DNA of 62,919 nucleotides, filler included, from Bonamia ostreae (Eukaryota): NCBI GenBank assembly GCA_040357525.1. It is 33 parts of 33 records of this genome, joined end to end, with 100 filler letters (N's around TTAATTAATTAA, not from the genome) between each part and the next. Parts side by side here need not be neighbours in the genome. Positions count along the whole stretch, not along the records: positions 1 to 1,828 come from JBDODL010001291.1; positions 1,929 to 3,755 come from JBDODL010001292.1; positions 3,856 to 5,681 come from JBDODL010001293.1; positions 5,782 to 7,605 come from JBDODL010001294.1; positions 7,706 to 9,528 come from JBDODL010001295.1; positions 9,629 to 11,450 come from JBDODL010001296.1; 27 more parts are not named here. One strand, 5' to 3'. Shown piece by piece: positions 1 to 9,843 of this stretch (position 1 is its first letter; each line of letters starts with the position of its first letter). The notes under the pieces were generated by a model. It saw only the letters and a program-made list of their open reading frames with translations, ran no database searches and was not told where the DNA came from. The position numbers and the translations under genes were made by a program.

Positions 1-19
1 GTTTGAACCTAATTTGCAG

Positions 20-1415
20 AAAACTGGTGAAAACCGCTCCCGGAACGCACATCGTCGCAATGGACTGCGAGATGGTTTTGACGAACAACGGGTCCGAGCT
101 GGCTCGCTGCACTGTGGTGGATTTCGAGGGCAACGTGGTCTACGACGAGTTCTGCAAACCAGATGCGCCGATCGTCGACTATTGCACGGCGTTCAGCGGA
201 ATCGACAAGAAGATAATGGACAAAACATCGAAAAGACTGGGCAACGTCCAAAACGAACTCGCGAAAGTTCTGACACCGTTTCCTTTTAGAATTCAAGAGC
301 GACGATTATTTGCGGCCATTCTTTGGAGAACGACTTGTTGGCGCTTCGTTTGGTGCACGAGAAGGTCATAGACACGAGTCTTCTTTTCGCTCATCCAAAC
401 GGACCGCCTTGGAAACTCGCTTTGAGAGTTCTTGGTTTTTGCTCCTTCTAAGTTAACCGTCTTTTAAAGCTTCCAATTTCTTGTTTGTATAGCACAAAGA
501 CGGCGATCTCTTTAATTTCTTGTTTGTCGTGTTTGTATAAAATCTTGTAACTATATAAAATTTTAACAATAAATCTTGTTTAACACAATAAATCTTGTAA
601 CACAATAAAATCGTGTTTGTGTAAAATTTTTAACTTGCGAAGGATGGAAATTTTTAGGGATTCCAAATTTAATTTTGAGTGTAATTATGTGTTAGCTATC
701 TCAGTCATGACTTTTAGTGGATTCTTTGATAATAATTGACTACGATATTTAATTTGGCAATTCAATTTTCATTTTACGTTTAAATAAACAGCGAAAAAAT
801 ATTTGCGGCGAGATATACAACAAAACGAACTAGGACACGACAGTGTTGAAGACGCTCGGGCTGTCGTGGACTTAATCAAGCTCAAATTTGACAAGGGCTA
901 TAAATTTGGCAACAACCCAATCGATTTCGAGTCGATATTTTCTTTGGCCAACCGACATGGCCGCGATTGTAGTTTGGTTGCCGGTCCAATGGCTTGCAAA
1001 TTGGTATTTTAAATAAAGTCCTAAGTTCTCTAACAGCTTAAAGCAGTTATCTGTGTACGTTTGCGAAGACATTGAAAACGCGGTTACTTCGACCGAAAAG
1101 ATTCTAACGAAGAAAGAGGGTTTTTGCTGGGTTTCCATCGATAGCTTCGGCAAAAAAGACAACCGCCCAGCTTCCGAAATGGATGAAGCGATTGCTCGAA
1201 TTTATGAAGCCTGCAAGGAGCACACGTTGCTGATCGTTCTCTCGGGCGATTTAATGAACAGTGGTCTCAAAAAGTTTCTATTCTAGACCTAAAGAATGAG
1301 CAAAGCGCGCGCAGAATGGAAGTCGAACAACAGTTCGCAATGGGAAAAAGAAGAAACCTTCGAAAACGCTCTGAAAAGCGCGAAACAAGGCATTTTCCTC
1401 GCAACGATGAAATAG
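20..1415 (+). CDS. REXO1: DEDDh 3'-5' RNA exonuclease, REXO1/Rex1-like (5' partial, spliced)
   Basis: Motifs AMDCEMV, ICGHSLENDLLAL..HEKVIDTS and GHDSVEDARA come into one frame after removing GT-AG introns 267-289 (23 nt), 435-791, 1004-1025 (22 nt) and 1274-1294 (21 nt). Stop TAG at 1413-1415. Confidence 0.9.
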
Positions 1416-1828
1416 CCGCAATTTTTATAAATTGTTATTTACTCAATTATGTTCATTTCCAAGCGACGGAAGCTGAGTAATAATTATTTTAGTTGGAACA
1501 TGTCTTGAAGACATATCCAAACAATTCATTAGAATTTACAAGTATCATTTCTTTGCAGTTTTCTAATTTTTGAGTGCCGATCATATTGCTAAGAATTATC
1601 CAATCTGTTTATTCAACGATTATTTTTTGAGTTTTAATAAATTATCCATTATGGAAATAAATTATCCATTGTACTTTTAATACAACCTTTTTATATTCTC
1701 TAATTTGGCAATAAACAATTTTGGAAAATAAAATATTGAATTGAGTTGTTTCGAGTTTGCAAGAACTCTTGACGAATTAAAAACTACTTTTGAGTTAACC
1801 GCCCCTCAATGAAGGTGATTAAGTTGTC

Positions 1829-1928
1829 NNNNNNNNNNNNNNNNNNNNNNNNNNNNNNNNNNNNNNNNNNNNTTAATTAATTAANNNNNNNNNNNNNNNN
1901 NNNNNNNNNNNNNNNNNNNNNNNNNNNN
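1829..1928. other. Artificial scaffolding linker N44-TTAATTAATTAA-N44; first of 32 copies (others begin near 3756, 5682, 7606, 9529 ... 59136, 61030)
   Basis: Identical 100-nt linker about every 1.9 kb, with stops in all six frames. Intervening contigs shrink steadily (1828, 1827, 1826 ... about 1790 bp). Confidence 0.99.
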
Positions 1929-2280
1929 TTAAAATTTTGCTGAAAAAATTAAATATTCAGTTACATATTAAAATTAAAATATTTTCTAAATAATTTAAAT
2001 GCATTAAAAAATATAAGCCTTTGCTGCGTTCGACAGTGACAAATATTTCCTTTGGGTTAGTTAAATCGTTCCCGTTAAAAGAGCTTTTAAATGCTTTTTA
2101 AAACAATGTAAAGTTTTGGTTCCATCGAACAGTTTTAGTTTTGAGGCTGGGAATTGATTTTCTAGTGTGACGTTGGTTTTTCCCAAAAACGATTTCACAA
2201 TTGACGGGAATTTCGTTTTCCGAATACACTGTACCCTTTGAGGCAAGAATTTCCACTTCGTAGAAATCGGTTCTAGACAT
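1929..2280 (-). CDS. C2-domain-like protein, N-terminal part (3' partial)
   Basis: YEVEILASKG...VNCEIVFGKNQRHTRK...VRWNQNFTL resembles a C2 beta-sandwich (P.WN..F motif). A 22-nt GT-AG intron follows. Confidence 0.45.
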
Positions 2281-2526
2281 TCAGAAAAAATAGATTATTA
2301 TATCAGTTATAATATAATTTTCAAACATTAGTAAAAATTTACCAGATTTTATAATTATCGGGCTTACCCATTAAGGCTTAAAATAAATATATCCGATTTG
2401 TACGTAGCATTTTTAAATAAAGCTCTAGAAACAAAGAGTAAATTTTGATCTTAAACGGAAATTTAATTATGCGACGAACAATATAAGACTTTAATACTAA
2501 ATTCAGCTCCGTTTATTTTAGCAAAA

Positions 2527-2936
2527 ATGAAAGTTTATATTTGTGCTAACAGTAATTAAAGGAAACGAAAAAACAGAGTTACCGCTGCCCGCCCGTAGAA
2601 AAGAATTCTAACGAAGTACTAAAAATAACCTTTTTTGCCGCAGCCAGTGCGATTTTATTAAAAGTAGCATCTTCTTATAGATCAAAAAGAGGTGCTCCAA
2701 TGACCGGGAAGCATAGCCCCGGACTGTTTAGAAATTTTTATGAAGGGGGGTTTAAAACAAAAATGGACCGATCTGAAGCAGCACTTATCCTGGGATGCAG
2801 GAGAACATCGCCTCAAACTCTAATCCTGAAAAAATATCGAATTTTGATTAATGCCAATCACCCCGATCGAGGCGGATCGCCTTATATAACCCGGAAAATT
2901 AATGAAGCAAAAGCCATTATGACCAACAAAAAATAA
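2527..2936 (+). CDS. PAM18: Mitochondrial import motor J-protein PAM18/TIM14
   Basis: FYEGGFKTKMDRSEAALILG...NHPDRGGSPYITRKINEAK. The frame extends upstream through a hydrophobic segment to ATG 2527 via a 29-nt intron (2533-2561). Confidence 0.93.
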
Positions 2937-2949
2937 ATTTTTCCCAATT

Positions 2950-3265
2950 TTTAGACCATTTTATTTTTGACTATTTTAATATTTATTTTCGACCATTAAA
3001 ATTGTATTTATTTTTGACCATTTTATTATTTGTTTTTGACCATTAAAATTATAGTTATATTCGGCCATTAAAATTGTATTTATTTTTGACCATTTTATTA
3101 TTTATTTTTGACCTTTTTATTATTTATTTTCGATCAATTTATTATTTGTTTTATTTATTCTCGACCATTAAAATTATAGTTATATTAGCCCATTTTATTA
3201 TTTATTTTTGACCATTTTATTATTTATTTTTGACCTTTTAAATTATATTTTCGATCATTTTATTA
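2950..3265. repeat. Degenerate AT-rich minisatellite (core TTTTGACCATT[A/T])
   Basis: More than 10 imperfect copies of TATTTATTTTTGACCATT... Confidence 0.85.
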
Positions 3266-3855
3266 AGAAAAATGAATCGGTTCCAGTTCGTTTATCGGAA
3301 AGCTTTTAGAGCAAATCGGACATTGATTCATTATATCGATTATGTTTATATTTTTAATGGTTTTCTAAGTTTTTTAAATGAAACTATAAATTAGATATTT
3401 TTAAATGCAACTAAAAACTGAACTTTGAATATCGATATTAGATCGCTTTTGAGGGATTGCCTCACTTACGATTTTTCATTTATCGAAAAAAAACAAACTA
3501 AAACAAATTTACATAAAAAAGTATTAATGGAAGGAATAAACCTAATTTATTCTGATTAAATAAGTTCGTTTACTACTCAAATCGAATTAGTTTCTAAAAT
3601 TATTGTAAATTTTAAACAAATATTGACAAAACAAATACATATTTTCAATGAATAATAGAAATTGCAATTGCCTAGATTTTTCTGAAATAGTAATTTTTAC
3701 ATTTAATAAAAATGATCAAAGTCGTGGTTTGAAAGAGTTGTATCAGTTATTCTGTNNNNNNNNNNNNNNNNNNNNNNNNNNNNNNNNNNNNNNNNNNNNT
3801 TAATTAATTAANNNNNNNNNNNNNNNNNNNNNNNNNNNNNNNNNNNNNNNNNNNN

Positions 3856-5502
3856 CTTTCGCTCCGTCTACGACTCTGTGATCACATGATAGATTGACTG
3901 CCATTGTTTTGCGCGCTTTGACCTCTTTGCAATTATTTTGGAAACCATTCTCTTCTAAAAAAAGTTCGTCTTTTAATCCGCCGACCGCCAAAATGGCAGA
4001 TTGTGGAGGGTTAATTATTGCCGTAAAACTATCCACTCCCATCATTCCTAAATTAGAAACTGTAAAGCTTCCGCCCTTTACAATTTTATATAGGTATATC
4101 TTAATAAAGTTGTCGAAGCTTTATGGAGAACAAAATATGTTGTTCTAGACATTAATTTAGAAATAATTGCGATTCAAAAAACAACAAATTGAGCTGGCTT
4201 CAAACTGCCTTCTTTTGCTTGAGCCGCGAGCGACCTCACTTCCTTGGAAATTTCGTCCAACCCCTTACAACACGTTCTCTTCACAATAGGCGTCAGAAGC
4301 CCCGTTGGGGTCGAAACAGCAACCGAAACATCCGCATAACGATATCTGTGTTAGGAAACTTTAAAATGCAAACGTCCGAATGAATTTGTGTTGCCACGAA
4401 GAATTAACTTCGGGCACCTTCCTTAACGCAAGTGCAGACGCTTTCAAAACAAAGTCATTAATCGAGATCTTGACGCCATCGATCTCATTCAACTTCTTTC
4501 GCAAACTTAGTACATTATCATATAATTTTATATATTCACTAAGCTGTTTTTTTTAAAATCCTAATGGCGCTAAACAGGGAAATATGGATCAACTGACTTG
4601 GATAAACGCAAACGAACGACATAAAAACGTGATTAGTCGTTCCATGTTGCAAGTTTGTTCAACGTTGAAATGGGGAATGGTTTGTTTCGATTCCAGCAGT
4701 CTTTTGGCAATCGTTTCTCGCATCGCTGTCAATGGTACGTCTGTAAACAAATTCTGCGACTCGTCTTCGACTAAAGTTTATTTTGAACTAGTATTCAAAA
4801 CTTGCAGTTTTGCTTGAAGCGCTTTTAGCCGCGGGCCGTTTAATCAAATTTCTGACGTCTTTTTCGATGAAGACTCCGCCTAGTCCGCTAGGAGCAACAT
4901 TAGTTTTGAGGAGATTGATGTCGTTTTGAGCGGCTAGTTTTTTGGCAAAGGGAGTCGCGAGAATGCGCTCAGGTTTTTCTGATTGAGCAACATTTTTTTT
5001 GTCTTCAACTTTTATTGCGAGTTCGTTTTCGTCTTTTGTCTTTTCCGGTTTGGATTCCTCTTTTGTTCCCGTTTCCTGTTGATTCGGAGCGTCGCTGTGC
5101 TCGTCCAAAGCGAAGTCCTTGAACGCGGCGACGTCTGATTCGTTTTCGACTTGGATGCCGATAATGCTGTTGATGGCCACTTTTTCGTCGGATTTGAAGA
5201 TCTTCGCGATATATCCTTCTTCTTGCGCGTCATGGCTCACGCTGGCTTTGTCTGTTTCGACCTAAATTTGAAAATTGAAACGTTGCAATACGAGTCGCCG
5301 GGTTCAATAAAGTCGCCTTCACTGACGAGCCATTCTTCGACTTTGGACTCGGTGGCGGTGGGGGACAGTTTGGGCATGATACTGGGGGTGTAATCGACTC
5401 CTTTGTCTAAATTTGATAGAGAAAACACGAAGCGAATCTAGCCGAAAAATTGCGTAAGCAGAACATCTTCTTCTTAACTATTCTAGAAGCGACAAAAATC
5501 AT
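3856..5502 (-). CDS. DLAT: Pyruvate dehydrogenase E2 dihydrolipoamide acetyltransferase, mitochondrial (3' partial)
   Basis: Lipoyl domain MPKLSPT...VETDKA, E3-binding [11 protein letters not shown], and catalytic [32 protein letters not shown]. Introns at 5407-5426 (20), 5262-5281 (20), 4771-4801 (31), about 4507-4628, 4346-4373 (28) and about 4076-4181. Confidence 0.95.
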
Positions 5503-5837
5503 TATTTTTTGAAATTATACAAATTTTATTATAAAGAAAAGTTTCCTAAATGCAAAAATTATATCTTTGACACCTATAACATTTGTTTAAATTGTTTCAC
5601 ACAATGATTATATTATAAACATTAAATTATACAAATTTAGCTTGGACAATGAATCGAGCTCGGGTGTTTTTGGAGGTTTCANNNNNNNNNNNNNNNNNNN
5701 NNNNNNNNNNNNNNNNNNNNNNNNNTTAATTAATTAANNNNNNNNNNNNNNNNNNNNNNNNNNNNNNNNNNNNNNNNNNNNTGTTCAATCAAATTTTATA
5801 AAATCGATTTTTTTCTGTGGCTAAATTTAACAAAAAA

Positions 5838-6407
5838 GCTCGTCTCACCGACGGAATCGCAGTAATCAACGTCGGCGGAGGAAGCGAAGTCGAAGCAGAC
5901 GAAAAACTAGATCGCGTCACCGACGCCTTAAACGCCACACAAGCCGCCGTCGACGAAGGAATCGTCCCTGGCGGAGGAGTCGCCTTGCTGTACGCGTCCA
6001 ATTCGCTCAAAGACCTCAAAATGCCAAACGCAGATCAGAAATTAGGCGCAAAAATAGTGCGCACTGCCATGCGAATGCCGGCGCAGGTCATCTGTGACAA
6101 CGCCGGTCTCGAAGGAGCCGTCATCACCGGGCGCCTTTTGGAGGATAGCGAAAACAAAATAGGGCTCAACAAAGGAATGGACGCTTTGACCGGCAAGTTC
6201 TGCGATATGGTCGAATCCGGAATAGTCGATCCGGTCAAAGTCACTCACACGGCTTTGTCGGATTCCTCGAGCATTTCGGGAGTGATGATAACGACCGAAG
6301 CCGTTATTTGCGAAAAGCCAAAGGATGGTCAAAAAAGTGATGGCGGCAATCCGATGGAGATGCCGTCTAGTATGAGAGGTGGAATGAACCCGATGGGGGT
6401 CTTGTAA
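5838..6407 (+). CDS. HSP60: Chaperonin 60 (mitochondrial HSP60/GroEL), C-terminal part
   Basis: IAVINVGGGSEVE..EKLDRVTDALNATQAAVDEGIVPGGG, GIVDPVKV and a Met/Gly-rich tail. Confidence 0.95.
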   Translation, partial: ARLTDGIAVINVGGGSEVEADEKLDRVTDALNATQAAVDEGIVPGGGVALLYASNSLKDLKMPNADQKLGAKIVRTAMRMPAQVICDNAGLEGAVITGRLLEDSENKIGLNKGMDALTGKFCDMVESGIVDPVKVTHTALSDSSSISGVMITTEAVICEKPKDGQKSDGGNPMEMPSSMRGGMNPMGVL

Positions 6408-6649
6408 ATAGATCATGACATTTTTTGATTTTTGTTGCCAATTGCACATATTTCTTTTGACCGTTTTCGTTAAAATGGCGTAATTTAATGGCGAATTGAA
6501 ATTGCAAAAATAACGACAAATAATGGCCAAAATTCAAGATAAAGACAATTAATGGCGTCAACGAATCGTCGCTGCTAAAGCGGAATTGTAAAACGGAGAG
6601 ATTTGATTGTTAAAGCAAAAATTGCAATTTTGTCGTTAATGGCCAAAAT

Positions 6650-7100
6650 TCAAAATAAAGACAAATTTTTCGAAAATAAAAATTGACAAGATTTAATCAC
6701 ATCTTCCACTAATTCACTATTTTCTGATTTTGAAGGCAAATTGCAAACTGATAACAATTCTTGAATCAGAACTTTGTTTTCATTAACCGTTTCAAAAAAC
6801 GTTTCTAACAATTTCTTTTTAAAATTTTCGATTACAAATTTTATAAAATTTAAAATTTGGATCGAAAACTTTTTTGTCTTCTTCCAAATTTCTAATCTGT
6901 TCGAAGAATTGAGGAATCGAAACTTCGATTTGAGCCAATTTATCCAAAACTTTTGACGGCGATTCTTCACATGGAAATTCAGCCGCAGTATCTTCGTCAA
7001 TTTCTTCTGCCAAAGTGTCCATTCTTTCTTTCATTGCAATAATATCTTCTTTGAGATTTATAAGCGTACTTGGCAAATTAAATTCAAAGTTCAACGACAT
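6650..7100 (-). CDS. Possible kinetochore protein SKA2-like (spliced; 3' end uncertain)
   Basis: Joining the two ORFs across an intron of about 55 nt gives ...AEFPCEESPSKVLDKLAQIE...EQIRNLEEDKKKLLETFFETVNENKVLIQELL, which matches the SKA2 N-terminal helical pattern by eye. Confidence 0.5.
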
Positions 7101-7307
7101 TTTGTTTTACAATTTATCGTTTTAGCTTAATATCCAAAGCTGACAAAACGCAATTAATAAAGCTTACAATTTATGTAATGTCGTTAATTAATAATGTCTC
7201 AATAAACGTTAAAAATGTTCTTTCAATTTAGACTTTTTCCTAAAAATTTAAAATTTAGAAACTTTTCGCGCAAAATAAAGACAGAAATTTAGCCTAGAAT
7301 TTTCAAA

Positions 7308-7605
7308 ATGAACCTTTTCCGCAAATCGTCTAGAATTTGCAATACCATCCGATATGTCCAGAAGCGCTACAAATACAAATTGAAAACGAACTCGTCTTGC
7401 AAGCACCGATTCAAAGTTACTGCGACAGGAAAGCTTTATAGAACACAAGCGGGGATGCAAAAAAATGTCACAAAGAAAAATCGCAAACAAAAAACAAGGC
7501 TTAGAAAATGGATCCAGGTAACCCACAACGGCACGCTTATAATGATGCAACGTTTATTGCCGTACTGGGGAATCAATATGAAGTACGCCAAAAAGAAAAA
7601 CAAAT
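7308..7605 (+). CDS. MRPL35: Mitochondrial ribosomal protein bL35m
   Basis: KLKTNSSCKHRFKVTATGKLYRTQAG...KKNRKQKTRLRK, preceded by a basic presequence-like N-terminus. Confidence 0.8.
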
Positions 7606-7792
7606 NNNNNNNNNNNNNNNNNNNNNNNNNNNNNNNNNNNNNNNNNNNNTTAATTAATTAANNNNNNNNNNNNNNNNNNNNNNNNNNNNNNNNNNNNNNN
7701 NNNNNTAATAAAATTTTGTTTGATTGAACAAAAATTAAAATTTTGAAATTTGCGCGGAAACCAAAAAATTAAAAATAAAAGCGGGAACGAAA

Positions 7793-8001
7793 GGTGTTTA
7801 GGTTCCGGATTGTCAAATTTGCCGATAATATTAAATTTATTGGCCGAAAATTTCAAATTGGTAAAGCCGGTAGAAACACAACAAAAGACAATAGCGGATT
7901 TTGTGGAAAAAATAAAAAGATTGCCAGAACAAACCAAAAACGAAATCGTTGGAAATCTGACTGAGTCTGCGAAAGAAATGATATTGAGTTCAAAAGAGTA
8001 A
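7793..8001 (+). CDS. Terminal exon, possibly importin-5/karyopherin beta-3 C-terminus
   Basis: CLGSGLSNLPIILNLLAE resembles the LGPNN.NLPKI..I.AE motif near the importin-5 C-terminus. Weak match. Confidence 0.35.
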
Positions 8002-8258
8002 AAGTGAAAAAATGACAAAAAGCTATTTAAATCCTAAAACGACATATCTTCGAAAACGAGCAATAAAAATTTTGCTTCATCAAAACCAATTTTGTAGAAC
8101 AAATTTAGTACATAAAAAGCTAAACTGGCCATAAAAATAAAAGCTTCTTTGTCTAAATTCTCAATTATATTTGATTTCATTAACAATTGGAAGCTTAAAC
8201 TTTAAGAATTTAAAACTTTAAGCTATTTCATAAAATATAAAATCGCCTTCCGCAATTA

Positions 8259-8812
8259 ATGTCAGCAACCGACGAAAGATTCTATATACGATATTGGTTA
8301 TTTTAAATAACAAAACAGCATTGGCCACAAAGGAAAGTTCGGGACGGAATATTTGGAATTTAAGATCGACGACTCGGGGAGATTGACGTATATAAACACT
8401 TCTGATTACAAACGCGAAATTTATATCTTCAAAGAGCTCTATTTGAGTCGGCACCTTCTCGATGAAATAATGAATATCGTGCGAGAAAGCGATATTGTGA
8501 ACCAGAACGACGAAAACTGGCCGAAGCCAGATTTTACGGGAAAACAAGAAATCGAAATTGTCGATGGACAATATCACATTTCATTTGTCGTTTTTTCAAA
8601 TTTTGAAATTAAAAATTTGCAAATTTTGAAATTGCAAAAAGACGACGAAGATCGGGTCGTTGAGTGAAATCGAGACTAGCAGAGATCCCGACGGTCTCAA
8701 GAAATTGCATTTTCTTGTTTTGGATTTGAAATCAATTGTGTTCGATATTATATCGCTTCATTTGAGAGTTTTCATTTTTTAAGTTAAGATTAAACCGATT
8801 TTGGCTGTTTGA
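8259..8812 (+). CDS. MAGOH: Mago nashi, exon junction complex core (complete, 4 exons)
   Basis: FYIRYCIGHKGKFGTEYLEF...WPKPDFTGKQEIEI..HISFVTTKIGSL...DPDGL...DLKSIVFDIISLHLRIKPI. Introns at 8297-8318 (22), 8590-8641 (52) and 8768-8788 (21). Confidence 0.95.
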
Positions 8813-9174
8813 GTAAAAGAAAATTTGCTGATTTTTCCACTTTTTTCCCTAATTTATTTTTCCAAAATATCAATTTTTTTTAATATAAATGACAAAATAA
8901 ACAATTTAATTCCCTCGACAATATAACAACGACAACAATTTAATGAAAAGATAAAACCTGCAACATTGTTTGGAACGCATCAAATTAATGATTTTCAAAA
9001 TTTTTATATTTTAATTTTCAAAGACGAAGATTTAATTAAGATCGGAAGAGATTAAAGACAATTTAAAAAAATATCAATATCCATTTTTCAAACGCGGAAA
9101 CTTTTCGACAGTTTCAATTTTGTTTAACAAGAAAATATGATTAAAAATTAGGAATAACTAATATAATAACAAAA

Positions 9175-9440
9175 ATGACAGACAAAACTTCTTTGACTCC
9201 TCTTTACGGTTTAGGCCCATATGAGCCATTAAGCTATCTTCTTGAATTCGGCGGTTGCAGAATTCTTTTGGACTGCGGTTGGGACAGTCGTTTTAACGAT
9301 AGCGATATCTCCGGATTGAAGCTTATCGGAAATGTCGACTGCGTTTTAATAAGCCATAGCACTCTGCAACATCTCGGTGCGTTGCCCTACGCCGTCGCGA
9401 AATTAGGCTTGTCTTGTCCTGTCTACGCCACGCTTCCAAG
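9175..9440 (+). CDS. CPSF2: Cleavage and polyadenylation specificity factor 100 kDa subunit, first exon
   Basis: YLLEFGGCRILLDCGWD...VLISHSTLQHLGALPYAVAKLGLSCPVYATLP; degenerate metallo-beta-lactamase motif typical of CPSF100. Confidence 0.9.
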
Positions 9441-9628
9441 TTTAAACTTGAAATTTAATGCTGTCTCAAATGAATTACGAAACAATTTAAAATTTTAAAC
9501 ATAATTTAATTCGTAAAAAAATATTTCANNNNNNNNNNNNNNNNNNNNNNNNNNNNNNNNNNNNNNNNNNNNTTAATTAATTAANNNNNNNNNNNNNNNN
9601 NNNNNNNNNNNNNNNNNNNNNNNNNNNN

Positions 9629-9797
9629 AATAAATGGTTTTTTCTTCATCGCAACAAAACAAAAATTTAGTTTTAATCGCAACAAAATAAATGGTTTTTT
9701 CTTCATCGCAACAAAACAAAAATTTAGTTTTAATCGCAACAAAATAAATGGTTTTTTCTTCATCGCAACAAAACAAAAATTTAGTTTTAATCGCAAC
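9629..9797. repeat. 57-nt tandem repeat, about 3 copies, inside a TOR intron
   Basis: Unit AATAAATGGTTTTTTCTTCATCGCAACAAAACAAAAATTTAGTTTTAATCGCAACAA starts at 9629, 9686 and 9743. Confidence 0.95.
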
Positions 9798-9843
9798 GAA
9801 AATAAAAAATATCGCAATAAAAAATCAATATCAGCAGAAAAAC

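Noticed and set aside
1004-1025. Stop-codon reassignment or programmed frameshifting to explain broken ORFs
   Set aside because: The breaks examined are resolved by GT-AG micro-introns. TAA, TAG and TGA all terminate recognisable genes (PAM18, REXO1, MAGOH).
1873-1884. Regularly spaced identical palindrome TTAATTAATTAA, suggesting a CRISPR-like or cassette array
   Set aside because: It is always embedded in N runs of fixed length between size-sorted contigs, so it is a synthetic stop-in-all-frames linker.
9573-9810. 19-aa repeated peptide at the end of the TOR ORF
   Set aside because: Read-through into an intronic 57-nt tandem repeat.
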